A stretch of DNA of 64,000 bases from Chitinophagaceae bacterium (GTDB lineage: Bacteria > Bacteroidota > Bacteroidia > Chitinophagales > Chitinophagaceae): contig JBGALE010000010.1 of assembly GCA_044223995.1 (NCBI GenBank), positions 65,561-129,560 of the forward strand, written 5' to 3'. Numbering within the stretch: the first letter of the stretch is position 1; each line of letters begins with the position of its first letter. Both the position numbers and the translations under genes were made by a program. Under the pieces are notes generated by a model that did not search any database, had not been told where the DNA came from, and saw only the letters and a list, made by a program, of their open reading frames with translations. Shown here in pieces: positions 8,576 through 18,787 of the stretch.

Positions 8576-10282
8576 ATGAATAAAATAAAAATAAATGGGC
8601 CTTTGTATGGGTTTACTATTTGTATACTGATTGCCTGTTTTTCCTGCAAACAAAAAAATACCGCACCCTCAGCAGATATCATCAGTGATATTAGTCTTAA
8701 AAGGGGATCTGTTGTTTTGTGCGGCCCTCCTGAAAAACAATTTGGGAAGGTATCCTTTACCATAACGGCTACCGAAAAAATTCAAAGGGAATTTGATATG
8801 GCCATTGCCTTGCTGCATTCGTTTGAATACGATGAGGCAGAAAAATCATTTGCAAAAATAATTGATGAAGACCACTCCTGCGCGATGGCTTACTGGGGTG
8901 TTGCCATGAGCAATTATCATCCCCTGTGGACGCCGCCAACAGAAGAAGAATTGACAAAGGGTTCTAAAGCAATTGCTATTGCGCAATCCATCCCTGCAAA
9001 ATCAAAAAGAGAAGAAGCCTATATCAACGCCATTGCAGCTTTTTTTACTGACTGGAAGAAAATGGATCACCATGCCCGCAGTGTAAATTTTGAAAAGGCA
9101 ATGGAAAAAATTTATACCAGTTACCCCGACGATAAGGAAGCCGCCGTTTTTTATTCCCTGGCATTGGATGCAGCCGCTGACCCTGGTGATAAAACATACA
9201 AGAACCAGCGAAAAGCAGGTGCCATACTCAATCAAATTTACCCTGGCGAACCCAATCACCCTGGCATTGTACATTATATCATTCACAGTTATGATTATCC
9301 CGAACTGGCAAGTCTTGCTTTGCCCGCTGCCAGGCAATATGCTTCTATAGCACCTTCCTCCGCCCATGCACAACACATGCCTTCACATATTTTTACCAGG
9401 CTGGGCTTATGGGGTGAATGCATACAATCTAACCTGGTTTCCACGGCTTCTGCAAGATGTTATGCAGAAAGCGCGGGTATTCAAGGGCATTGGGATGAAG
9501 AATTGCATGGGCTGGATTATTTGGTGTATTCCTACCTGCAAACCGGAGAAAACAAACACGCAAAAGAACAATGCGATTATCTTGACACTATAAAAAATGT
9601 ATATCCTCTTAATTTTAAAGACGCATATGCTTTTGCGGCTATCCCTTCCCGGTATGTGCTGGAAAATAAGTTATGGAAAGAAGCGGCTGTTCTTCCACTG
9701 CACCCTATTTCTTTTCCATGGCAAAAATTTCCGTGGCAGGAAGCCATCATACATTTTACAAGACTGATGGGCAATGTTCATACCGGCAACATGGATTCGG
9801 CCAGTGCAGAACTAGGCAAACTGAGCAAGCTGCACAGCATACTGGTAGAACAAAAGGATACTTATAAAGCAAACCAGGTGCAGATACAAATTAATACAGC
9901 AAAAGCCTGGATATTATTTGCGAATGGAAACAAAAAAGAAGCAGAACAGTTAATGATCAATGCAGCAGATATGGAAGACAATACAGAAAAACATCCCGTC
10001 ACGCCTGGCGAAGTAATTCCCGCGAGGGAACTGCTGGCTGACATGCTATTGCAGATGAACCAGCCCCAAAAAGCCTTGTATGCCTACGAAGCTGATTTAA
10101 AAACGCATCCCAACCGTTTCAATGGTTTGTATGGTGCCGCATTGTCTTCACAACTATCAAACAACAGCGAAAAAGCAGCTACTTATTACCAAAAATTACT
10201 GGAAACCTGCCATTCTCCCGGTGCCAACAGGCAGGAATTGAATGAAGCAAAAACATATTTGCGAAAACAACGCAGTCTTTGA
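8576..10282 (+). CDS. hypothetical lipoprotein with TPR-like helical repeats
   Basis: Lipobox-like ILIACFSCKQ. Helical repeat content (FEYDEAEKSFAKIIDEDHSCAMAYWGVAMS..., HPGIVHYIIHSYD...). Long uninterrupted ORF. Function unknown. Confidence 0.7.
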   Translation: MNKIKINGPLYGFTICILIACFSCKQKNTAPSADIISDISLKRGSVVLCGPPEKQFGKVSFTITATEKIQREFDMAIALLHSFEYDEAEKSFAKIIDEDHSCAMAYWGVAMSNYHPLWTPPTEEELTKGSKAIAIAQSIPAKSKREEAYINAIAAFFTDWKKMDHHARSVNFEKAMEKIYTSYPDDKEAAVFYSLALDAAADPGDKTYKNQRKAGAILNQIYPGEPNHPGIVHYIIHSYDYPELASLALPAARQYASIAPSSAHAQHMPSHIFTRLGLWGECIQSNLVSTASARCYAESAGIQGHWDEELHGLDYLVYSYLQTGENKHAKEQCDYLDTIKNVYPLNFKDAYAFAAIPSRYVLENKLWKEAAVLPLHPISFPWQKFPWQEAIIHFTRLMGNVHTGNMDSASAELGKLSKLHSILVEQKDTYKANQVQIQINTAKAWILFANGNKKEAEQLMINAADMEDNTEKHPVTPGEVIPARELLADMLLQMNQPQKALYAYEADLKTHPNRFNGLYGAALSSQLSNNSEKAATYYQKLLETCHSPGANRQELNEAKTYLRKQRSL

Positions 10283-10438
10283 TCGCGGCATTAAAACATC
10301 AACCCATCTCCCCTTGTATCACATTGTTTCAATTTACTATTGAAAGGGAAGAACACTGGTGATCACCGTCATCAGAACGGCTGAAACCTGTCATAATATG
10401 GCAGCATGCCTTAGCAGCAACTTTGTAAAAATGATACA

Positions 10439-11146
10439 ATGAAAAAGCTGCTTCTGCTTTTATTTATACCGGTGTTGTTACTCATTTTTACCACCTGCAG
10501 CAAGTATCCACAGGTTTTTTCTGTGAATAATTTTATGACTGAATTAAGCAACAGCCGAAAAGTACCCAACGTCAACCTGCTTGAAATAAAAAGCCTGCAG
10601 GGTAATTGGACAGGATTGAGTACCGGCCGCTGGATTGATACTTCACACAAGATCAACATCAATAATGGATCAACGAATGACATCAATACCTATTTCGTCC
10701 ATGTCAGCTATACAGGTGCAGATCATACCAACACGTCCCTGGAAGATCCTATGGGGCATGATGCAGGTTATACCGATACCACGCACTATGAAATGATCTT
10801 TATTTCGGTGAACGGACAAACTTATGCGGAACTGGTAAGCTTTGGTAAATATGAATCTGAAAATTTCTTCAAACTACCGCTTTGCATCAGTACTTATGCA
10901 AAAGTAAATAAGATAAACAGCGACACTATCATCGTGCAAATGCTTAATGGAAGAGCGGTAATTCCACTCATTGAAAAAAACAAATACCAGTACTTTGTAC
11001 CATTCGTATCAAAAATTGACACCGGTTTTACTTGCGTTTACCTGACAGAAGAGCCCGCAGGGCTTGCAAAAATCCTTGGGGAGCTGTATGCAGTCCCACA
11101 GGCTTATCAACCACCCGACACGATTATTCGCGTGCATGGAAAATAA
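10439..11146 (+). CDS. hypothetical lipoprotein
   Basis: MKKLLLLLFIPVLLLIFTTCSK signal/lipobox and a 235-aa open frame. No recognisable family. Confidence 0.55.
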   Translation: MKKLLLLLFIPVLLLIFTTCSKYPQVFSVNNFMTELSNSRKVPNVNLLEIKSLQGNWTGLSTGRWIDTSHKININNGSTNDINTYFVHVSYTGADHTNTSLEDPMGHDAGYTDTTHYEMIFISVNGQTYAELVSFGKYESENFFKLPLCISTYAKVNKINSDTIIVQMLNGRAVIPLIEKNKYQYFVPFVSKIDTGFTCVYLTEEPAGLAKILGELYAVPQAYQPPDTIIRVHGK

Positions 11147-11227
11147 AGAAACGAACCTGTCAATATTATCTTCACATCATGGCTTTTATTTCTTCGTTAC
11201 CTTTAACGACACTATTGACAGTAACCA

Positions 11228-11752
11228 ATGAAATTTACCATTTCAACATCAATCGAAATACTGGAACGAACACCTGTAGTATTGCGCTCGTTGCTGCAGG
11301 GGCTTTCAGATGAATGGGTCACGCCAAATGAAGGATCAGGCACATGGAGTGCCTACGATATCGTTGGCCATTTGATTCATGGCGAAAAAACCGATTGGAT
11401 ACCCAGGATGCAAATTATACGCTCGGGCAGCGATGAACGAAAATTTGAAAAATTTGATCGTTTTGCACAGTTTGAAAATAGCAAGGGGAAAACAATGCTG
11501 CAGTTACTGGATGAATTTTCCCAATTAAGGGAGATAAATATCAACATACTGCGTTCTGCCAATATTACTGATTCGCAATTCGGGGAAACAGGTGTGCACC
11601 CGGCATTTGGCAATGTTACTTTATCACAACTGCTCTCTACCTGGGTGGTGCATGATCTCAACCATATTGCACAAATTTCAAGAGTGATGGCCAAACAGTA
11701 CAAAGAAGCAGTGGGTCCGTGGATAGCCTACCTGGGAATATTGAATCAATAA
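11228..11752 (+). CDS. DinB-family protein
   Basis: ILERTPVVLRSLLQGLSDEW..., WSAYDIVGHLIHGEKTDWIPR, STWVVHDLNHIAQI. DinB_2-like His triad pattern. Confidence 0.8.
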   Translation: MKFTISTSIEILERTPVVLRSLLQGLSDEWVTPNEGSGTWSAYDIVGHLIHGEKTDWIPRMQIIRSGSDERKFEKFDRFAQFENSKGKTMLQLLDEFSQLREININILRSANITDSQFGETGVHPAFGNVTLSQLLSTWVVHDLNHIAQISRVMAKQYKEAVGPWIAYLGILNQ

Positions 11753-11780
11753 TTAATTTAACCGCAAGCACGCCCAAAGC

Positions 11781-12188
11781 ATGACTGCCTATATCTCTAT
11801 TAGCTACAGCAACCGAAAGAATTTGCAAGCGGAAGTTGATGCGATCATGGAAATCTTACAACAATATAGCATCACCGGTTTTGTTTTTGCAGACGCTTAC
11901 AGTTTCAATGCTTCACAGGAAAAAGAAATGATGGCCCAGGCGTTTACAGACATCGATAGATGCGTATTGCTGATTGCCGAAACTTCCGAAAAGGGAATTG
12001 GTATTGGTGTAGAAACAGGTTATGCAAAGGCGAAAGGGAAACCGGTTATCTACCTGCGCAATATTGCCGCAGCACATTCTACGACTGTGTCGGGCGCCAG
12101 TGATTACCAGGTGATATATCATGACATTGTACATTTGCAATCGGAATTGGAGAAAGCATTGTGCAATGCAGGGTTTTCCCACAAATAG
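11781..12188 (+). CDS. small Rossmann-like protein, nucleoside 2-deoxyribosyltransferase-like (tentative)
   Basis: 135 aa. ISISYSNRKN..., ..DRCVLLIAETSEKGIGIGVETGYAKAKGKPVIYL resembles the NDT-like/DUF4406 fold pattern. Assignment by eye only. Confidence 0.45.
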   Translation: MTAYISISYSNRKNLQAEVDAIMEILQQYSITGFVFADAYSFNASQEKEMMAQAFTDIDRCVLLIAETSEKGIGIGVETGYAKAKGKPVIYLRNIAAAHSTTVSGASDYQVIYHDIVHLQSELEKALCNAGFSHK

Positions 12189-12248
12189 AGGTCATTGTTG
12201 ATCTGTCAGAAGAAAGAAAATATATTTACTGTTATTACTAACACGCTT

Positions 12249-13061
12249 ATGAAAAATTTCATTGCCTTATTTTTACTAATCACTCTCTCAAGTACAGTTA
12301 TTTTTGCCCAAAAAGACAATTGGGATATTTATATGGCGAGTTTTGAAAAAGGGCCTGGATCGGTGATAATTAATATGTCCGCAAAAAACTATGCTCCTGT
12401 AAAAAATCTTCCTTTTCTGTTGGTCACAGGAGTTACATTCAAACATTGTGACAGTACAGGTTTTCCGCCCCAGGAAGAATTTGCCACGCTGTATACAATT
12501 TCTGATTCAGTTAAGTCTGCTTTGGAAAAAGTTGTCATTGGTACCCAGGTAGCAACTTTTACTTATCAATGCAGGCGAAGAGATTATTACTATGTCCACG
12601 ATACGACCGGGCTTAGAAATTTACTGGAGAAAGTTTACAACACTTATTTTAAGGATTATGCATATACAAATTCAATAACGGCAGACACTAAATGGGACAG
12701 TTACCTGAATGGTTTATATCCAAGTGAAGTTATCCTGGAATACATGCGAAATGATAAGGTGCTGATGAAACTGACAGAAGCAGGTGACAAACTGGAAAAA
12801 ACCAGGCAGGTTGATCATTGGATTTATTTTCCGACGGAAAAAGACAGGGACTGCTTTATAAACTATGCAAACAGTCAACATTTCAAGGTTGAAAACAAAG
12901 AAAAGGCAAACAATGGTATGCGGCCATTTAAATTGCAAATTTCAAGAATCGATAAAGTAGATATAACATCTATTTCGAATCTCACTATTGTACTCAGAAA
13001 AGAAGCGGTAAAATGCAACGGAGAATATGATGGCTGGGAAACATTTATTATAAAAGATTGA
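12249..13061 (+). CDS. DUF695 / RraB-like (regulator of ribonuclease activity B fold) domain protein
   Basis: Signal-like MKNFIALFLLITLSSTVIFAQ. The C-terminal part (..DKLEKTRQVDHWIYFPTEKDRDCFINYANSQHFKVE..) resembles RraB-type domains. Start set to the ATG at 12249. Confidence 0.55.
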   Translation: MKNFIALFLLITLSSTVIFAQKDNWDIYMASFEKGPGSVIINMSAKNYAPVKNLPFLLVTGVTFKHCDSTGFPPQEEFATLYTISDSVKSALEKVVIGTQVATFTYQCRRRDYYYVHDTTGLRNLLEKVYNTYFKDYAYTNSITADTKWDSYLNGLYPSEVILEYMRNDKVLMKLTEAGDKLEKTRQVDHWIYFPTEKDRDCFINYANSQHFKVENKEKANNGMRPFKLQISRIDKVDITSISNLTIVLRKEAVKCNGEYDGWETFIIKD

Positions 13062-13262
13062 GCCATAAGAAAGTTTAAGGCTAATCTTACATTATATAGG
13101 CTCGAAATCAGCGATTGCCCAAAAAAAGTATTGGAGGAATTAACAACTGGACTTTAGAATAATCAATAAGCGTTTGTTAAAAAATAAATGTATTATCCGT
13201 TTTGATTTTTGAACTTTGAATTTTTACTTCCATTTCCCGTTCTTTCCCGATCTTTGCGGCTC

Positions 13263-13883
13263 ATGATAAACACAGCCACCAGCATCGTTACATTGCCAGT
13301 AATGGAATCTTTTTATACACTCCAGGGAGAAGGGTTTCACCAGGGACGTGCCGCCTATTTCATTCGTTTGGGCGGATGCGATGTGGGATGTGTTTGGTGC
13401 GATGTAAAGGAAAGCTGGGATGCTTCAAAACATCCGCAGCAAACTACCGACCAGATTGTATCGGAAGCAAGTCGTTTCCCTGGAAGGCTGGCAGTAATCA
13501 CCGGCGGAGAACCACTGATGCACCAACTGGATGAGTTGACCACTTCCCTTCAGCTTGCAGGCTTTGAAACCAATATAGAAACATCCGGTTCGCACCCGCT
13601 CAGTGGCCATTGGGACTGGATATGTTTATCTCCCAAAAAATTCAAGGCGCCGCTTCCTGAAATAGTTCCTGTTGCCAATGAATTAAAGGTTGTCATCTTT
13701 AATAAAAGCGATTTTGCCTGGGCAGAAAAATATGCTGCTGCCGTTTCTCCTTCCTGTAAACTGTACCTGCAACCGGAATGGGACAAATCGGCCATTGTGA
13801 CACCTATGATTATTGATTATATAAAGGCACACCCCCAATGGGAACTGAGCCTGCAGGTGCACAAGTATATTAACGTTCCTTAA
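13263..13883 (+). CDS. queE: 7-carboxy-7-deazaguanine synthase (radical SAM)
   Basis: MESFYTLQGEGFHQGRAAYFIRLGGCDVGCVWCD (CxxxCxxC-type cluster motif), ITGGEPL, LQPEWD... These are typical QueE features. Start at ATG 13263. Confidence 0.9.
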   Translation: MINTATSIVTLPVMESFYTLQGEGFHQGRAAYFIRLGGCDVGCVWCDVKESWDASKHPQQTTDQIVSEASRFPGRLAVITGGEPLMHQLDELTTSLQLAGFETNIETSGSHPLSGHWDWICLSPKKFKAPLPEIVPVANELKVVIFNKSDFAWAEKYAAAVSPSCKLYLQPEWDKSAIVTPMIIDYIKAHPQWELSLQVHKYINVP

Positions 13884-13968
13884 AATTATCAGTTGCTATA
13901 TTTACAGGAATATTAAAAGAATAAATATCGGTTCGCAACGTTTACATTGTCATGTTTACCATAATTCC

Positions 13969-15879
13969 ATGAAGTATATCTGTACCATATTCATCCTTAT
14001 TATATCTGTAACAGTCTCCGCACAGTATTACGATCCAATGAAAGTAAACAAGAAAGCGGTTAAATTATACAATGAAGCATCCGAACTGATTTCAGACGGC
14101 AAATTAAAAGAAAGCATCGCCCTGCTGCAGGATGCAGTCAAAATTGATCCCAAATACCTGGATGCATACATTTCAATGGGCGGTATGTACAGTGAGTTAA
14201 AAAACTATGATGCCTCCATTGCCAGTTATGAAAAGGGGCGCGCCATCGATTCTTTGTATTTTAAGGAATACAACCTGTCCTATTCCATCAGCCTCGCGGG
14301 TACCGGTTCTTTTGACAAAGCATTGAATGCGATTGAATCTTTCCTGTCCATCCCAGACTTGAGCGAATCCAGTTTGCGTTTCGCCTATTACAGGAAAAAA
14401 TGTTACCAGTTTGCACTGGATTATAAAAAAAACAACAGTGACAGCAGTTATCATTTCGAACCAAAGAACCTGGGCGATAGTGTCAACTCCCGTTTCTCAG
14501 AGTATTTTCCTGCCCTCACTATTGATGGCGGCCATTTGATTTTCACCCGGAAAGTCAATGGCATGAATGAAGATTTCTACGAAACTTTCAAGAAGGACAG
14601 CGTTTGGAGCGAAGCAAAGGCACTGGAAGGAAATATCAACACCAATTTCAACGAAGGCGCACAAAATATATCACAGGACGGACAATGGCTGATATTTACT
14701 GGTTGTAATTTCCCGGAAGGATACGGAAGTTGCGATTTGTATATTTCTTACCTGACATCAGATGGATGGAGTGTGCCGGAGAATATGGGAAATAAGATCA
14801 ATACTGATGCCTGGGAATCTTCTGCTTCATTGTCGCCTGATAAACGCGATTTGTATTTCGCCAGCAACCGCCCCGGTGGTTTTGGGGGCAGCGATATTTA
14901 TGTGAGCCATCACCTGCCGAATGGAAGATGGAGCGAACCCGAAAACCTTGGCCCATCAGTAAACACAGCCGGTGAAGAAAGAAGCCCCTTTATCCACGCC
15001 GACAACCAAACATTGTATTTTACCAGCAATGGACAACCGGGTTATGGTGGTGACGATCTTTTTTTAGTCAGAAAAGAAGCGAAGGGAAAATGGAGTGCTG
15101 CGCACAACCTCGGCTATCCGATTAATACCATCGAAAATGAAGGCAGCCTTGTAATCACTGCAGACGGATCAACAGCTTACTATGCCAGCGACAGAAGTGA
15201 CAGCCGTGGTGGATTGGATTTATATACATTCGAACTGCGCAACGATGTGCGGCCGGTTAAAACTCTTTGGGTAAAGGGAAAAGTGTTTGACAAGAAAACA
15301 AAGAACGGGCTCCCCTCTGCTGTGGAACTGACCGACCTGGAAACAAAGGAAATCATCTCGCGGGTACAAACAGACGAAACCGGCAATTACCTGATCACTT
15401 TACCTGTTGGAAAAGATTATGCATTTAATGTGAACCGCAAAGGCTATCTCTTCTTCTCTGATAATTTCCCGCTGAGTCAAAAATCACCCGACTCTACCTA
15501 CAACATCGATATACCATTGCAGCCACTGGAAGTAAATGCTGCGATTGTGCTGCGCAATATTTTCTTTGATACAAAAAAATATGAACTCAAACCGGAATCA
15601 CAGGTGGAACTGGACAATGTGGTAAAACTGATGAAGGATAATCCGACATTAAAAATTCAAATCAACGGTCATACGGACAATGTAGGTAAACCTGCCGATA
15701 ATATGACCCTTTCAGACAACCGCGCAAAAGCTGTTGTAGAATATATAACTACAAAAGGTGTTGATCCCAAAAGGCTCAGTTACCAGGGATTTGGCGCCAC
15801 ACAACCCATTGCTGATAACAATACCGAAGAAGGCAGGGCGCAAAACCGCCGCACCGAGTTGAAAGTAATCAGCCAATAA
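13969..15879 (+). CDS. OmpA-family protein with N-terminal TPR and TolB-like (WD40-like beta-propeller) repeats
   Basis: Signal peptide, TPR-like N-terminus and repeated ..SPDG/ LYFASNRPGGFGGSDIY.. motifs. C-terminal OmpA_C domain (INGHTDNVGKPADNMTLSDNRAKAVVEYI...NRRTELKVI). Confidence 0.85.
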   Translation: MKYICTIFILIISVTVSAQYYDPMKVNKKAVKLYNEASELISDGKLKESIALLQDAVKIDPKYLDAYISMGGMYSELKNYDASIASYEKGRAIDSLYFKEYNLSYSISLAGTGSFDKALNAIESFLSIPDLSESSLRFAYYRKKCYQFALDYKKNNSDSSYHFEPKNLGDSVNSRFSEYFPALTIDGGHLIFTRKVNGMNEDFYETFKKDSVWSEAKALEGNINTNFNEGAQNISQDGQWLIFTGCNFPEGYGSCDLYISYLTSDGWSVPENMGNKINTDAWESSASLSPDKRDLYFASNRPGGFGGSDIYVSHHLPNGRWSEPENLGPSVNTAGEERSPFIHADNQTLYFTSNGQPGYGGDDLFLVRKEAKGKWSAAHNLGYPINTIENEGSLVITADGSTAYYASDRSDSRGGLDLYTFELRNDVRPVKTLWVKGKVFDKKTKNGLPSAVELTDLETKEIISRVQTDETGNYLITLPVGKDYAFNVNRKGYLFFSDNFPLSQKSPDSTYNIDIPLQPLEVNAAIVLRNIFFDTKKYELKPESQVELDNVVKLMKDNPTLKIQINGHTDNVGKPADNMTLSDNRAKAVVEYITTKGVDPKRLSYQGFGATQPIADNNTEEGRAQNRRTELKVISQ

Positions 15880-15956
15880 TTTCTACATCCCCCGTGTAAA
15901 ATATTTTTTTACATTCATTGCCTGTTTCGTTTTCAAACAACGATGCTGTTACCCTT

Positions 15957-17060
15957 ATGAATAATGAACTATTGCACCAGGTGGCTTTGACACTTGTTCC
16001 TCAGGTGGGCGCCGTGCATACAAGAACCCTTGTAAAACATTTTGGGAGTGCTGCCGCTATCTTCCATGCAAAAAAGAAGGAACTCGAATGTATTGAAGGC
16101 ATCGGCAGCATGCGCGCGGCTGCCATTAAATTGTTCAGTGATTTTGACAAGGCGGAAAAGGAACTGGTCTTCCTGGAAAAATATAAAATCAAACCGCTTT
16201 TTTTAACCGACCCCGGCTACCCGCAACGATTGCTGCAGTGTTACGACCCGCCATCACTTTTATATTATCGCGGTACAGCATCCCTGAATGCAGGGAGGAT
16301 AATTGCCATTGTTGGCACACGAAGTAAAACCGACTACGGAAAACAACAAACAGAAAAATTTGTGGACGGGTTGGCACAGCACGGTGTAACCATCGTCAGC
16401 GGGCTGGCATTGGGCATTGATGCGGTGGCACATAAAGCGGCGGTAAAAAATAAATTACCAACCATCGGTGTGGTGGCACATGGACTGGATACCATTTATC
16501 CAACGGAACACAATACGCTTGCAAGAGAAATGATAAAAGAAGGCGGCGGCATTTTATCCGAATTTCGAATGGAAACCAAACCCGATAAACACAATTTCCC
16601 CATAAGAAACCGTATTGTGGCTGGTATGTGCGATGTATTGCTTGTTGCAGAAACAGACATAAAAGGCGGCAGTATGATTACAGCAGAACTGGCATTTGGA
16701 TACAACAAGGATATTTTTGCGATACCAGGAAAAAATACGGATAAGAAAAGTATGGGGTGCAATCACTTAATCAGGCAAAACAAGGCAATGATTGCAACCG
16801 GCCCGGAGCATTTACTGGAATACATGGGCTGGGTACAGCATGCACCGTTAAAAAAGAAAAAACAAAGAGAGCTCTTTGTTAACCTGACTGCGGATGAAGA
16901 AAAAATAATAAACGTTTTACAGCAGAAAAACAATCTTCACATCGATGAATTACATATCAACAGCGGCCTGAACAGCAGCGCGGCGGCAGCCGCCATATTA
17001 AATCTTGAATTGCAACAGATCATTTGTTCGCTGCCCGGGAAATTATACCAATTACTTTGA
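15957..17060 (+). CDS. dprA: DNA-processing protein DprA
   Basis: LTLVPQVGAVHTRTLV, YPQRLLQCYDPPSLLYYRG, IVGTRSKTDYG, VSGLALGIDAVAHKAA, GVVAHGLD.IYP..H..LA. This is the DprA/Smf signature. Start at ATG 15957. Confidence 0.9.
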   Translation: MNNELLHQVALTLVPQVGAVHTRTLVKHFGSAAAIFHAKKKELECIEGIGSMRAAAIKLFSDFDKAEKELVFLEKYKIKPLFLTDPGYPQRLLQCYDPPSLLYYRGTASLNAGRIIAIVGTRSKTDYGKQQTEKFVDGLAQHGVTIVSGLALGIDAVAHKAAVKNKLPTIGVVAHGLDTIYPTEHNTLAREMIKEGGGILSEFRMETKPDKHNFPIRNRIVAGMCDVLLVAETDIKGGSMITAELAFGYNKDIFAIPGKNTDKKSMGCNHLIRQNKAMIATGPEHLLEYMGWVQHAPLKKKKQRELFVNLTADEEKIINVLQQKNNLHIDELHINSGLNSSAAAAAILNLELQQIICSLPGKLYQLL

Positions 17061-17163
17061 CAAGCACAGTGGGGGCGCTTTTGTTAAACCTCCAAAATCC
17101 GCCACCAGCAATCGTTTCGTGTGATTTGGAAAATATTATTTGGAAGCAATTTGCCTGCTGCAC

Positions 17164-17171
17164 TATCTTTG
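17164..17171 (+). promoter_or_regulatory. -7 promoter box TATCTTTG directly upstream of guaB ATG
   Basis: Exact TAnnTTTG match ending 3 nt before the ATG at 17175. Supports that start codon and a leaderless-type transcript. Confidence 0.6.
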
Positions 17172-17174
17172 CAC

Positions 17175-18704
17175 ATGGCAAGAATAAATACCCCGCGTCT
17201 TACTGGTTCTGCCAGTAAGTCTTCCATCAAAGCGACTATCAGCAAAAAATTTTTCGGTGAAGGATTAACGTTCGACGACGTGCTTTTAATGCCTGCGTAT
17301 TCACAGGTATTGCCCCGTGAAGTAAACATACAAACGCGTCTTACCAAAGAAATTTCACTCAATATCCCGATGTTATCATCCGCTATGGATACGGTAACCG
17401 AGGCGACGCTGGCTATTGCGCTGGCACGCGAAGGTGGTATCGGCATCCTTCATAAAAACATGAGCATCGAACAACAGGCAGAACAGGTACGAAAAGTGAA
17501 AAGAAGTGAAAGCGGGATGATCATCGACCCGATTACCCTGCAGATTGATGCCACTATTGGAGACGCATTGCGCCTGATGAAGGAAAATAAAATTGGCGGT
17601 ATCCCCATTGTCGATACAAACAATAAACTGGTCGGCATTCTTACCAACCGTGATTTACGTTTTGAAGGCAATAAAAAACGTAAGGTGCAGGAAGTGATGA
17701 CAAATGAAAATTTAATTGTTGCACCGGAAGGAACTGATTTAAAGAAAGCCGAAAAAATATTACGCTCTTATAAAATTGAAAAATTACCCGTCGTAAAAAA
17801 AGACAATACGCTGGTGGGTTTGATTACTTACCGCGATATTCTCCAATTACACAGTCATCCCGATGCAGTAAAAGACAGGTATGGCCGCTTGCTTGTCGGT
17901 GCTGCGCTGGGTATTACAAAAGACATGCTGGACCGTGCGGCTGCTTTACAGCAAATTGGTGTTGATGTGGTTTGTCTCGATAGTGCGCATGGGCATAGCC
18001 GTGGTGTGATTGATGCGCTGAAAAATGTCAAAAAGAATTTTAAGAAACTGCAGGTAATCGCAGGCAATGTTGGTACGGGCACTGGTGCAAAAGCACTGGC
18101 AGAAGCAGGCGCCGATGCGGTTAAAGTGGGTATTGGGCCGGGCTCTATTTGCACAACACGTATTGTTGCGGGTGCAGGTGTGCCACAGGTAACGGCCATT
18201 ATGGAAGCGTATGATGCATTGAAACAAACCGGTGTCCCTTTAATTGCGGATGGTGGTATACGTTATACCGGCGATATGGTAAAAGCATTGGCAGCCGGTG
18301 CCGATACGGTGATGATGGGAAGTGTATTTGCAGGCGTGGAGGAAAGTCCCGGTGAAACCATCATCTACGAAGGAAGAAAGTTTAAGGAATACCGCGGAAT
18401 GGGTTCCATTGGCGCCATGTCGCAGGGAAGCAGCGACCGTTATTTCCAGGATGTGGAAGATGATTTGAAGAAATTAGTACCCGAAGGAATTGAAGGCAGG
18501 GTGGCATATAAAGGAAACCTGAAGGAAGTAGTAACGCAATATGTAGGTGGCCTGCGGGCAGGGATGGGATATTGCGGCGCCAAAAACCTCGCATTGCTGA
18601 AAAGCGATGCGCAATTTATACAGATAACCAATGCGGGCATGCGCGAGAGTCATGCACATGATATAGAAATTACCAAGGAAGCACCCAATTATACGAGGAA
18701 ATAA
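17175..18704 (+). CDS. guaB: IMP dehydrogenase
   Basis: [14 protein letters not shown], a tandem CBS pair (IPIVD.., LPVV..), [28 protein letters not shown] (catalytic Cys loop), [25 protein letters not shown]. Confidence 0.95.
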   Translation: MARINTPRLTGSASKSSIKATISKKFFGEGLTFDDVLLMPAYSQVLPREVNIQTRLTKEISLNIPMLSSAMDTVTEATLAIALAREGGIGILHKNMSIEQQAEQVRKVKRSESGMIIDPITLQIDATIGDALRLMKENKIGGIPIVDTNNKLVGILTNRDLRFEGNKKRKVQEVMTNENLIVAPEGTDLKKAEKILRSYKIEKLPVVKKDNTLVGLITYRDILQLHSHPDAVKDRYGRLLVGAALGITKDMLDRAAALQQIGVDVVCLDSAHGHSRGVIDALKNVKKNFKKLQVIAGNVGTGTGAKALAEAGADAVKVGIGPGSICTTRIVAGAGVPQVTAIMEAYDALKQTGVPLIADGGIRYTGDMVKALAAGADTVMMGSVFAGVEESPGETIIYEGRKFKEYRGMGSIGAMSQGSSDRYFQDVEDDLKKLVPEGIEGRVAYKGNLKEVVTQYVGGLRAGMGYCGAKNLALLKSDAQFIQITNAGMRESHAHDIEITKEAPNYTRK

Positions 18705-18787
18705 TATTTGCAATCTATTAATATTGCCGGAGTAGTTGTATGCCTCCCGCTATTGGATTTTTTCCGAACTTGTAATAAATTTCCTGC

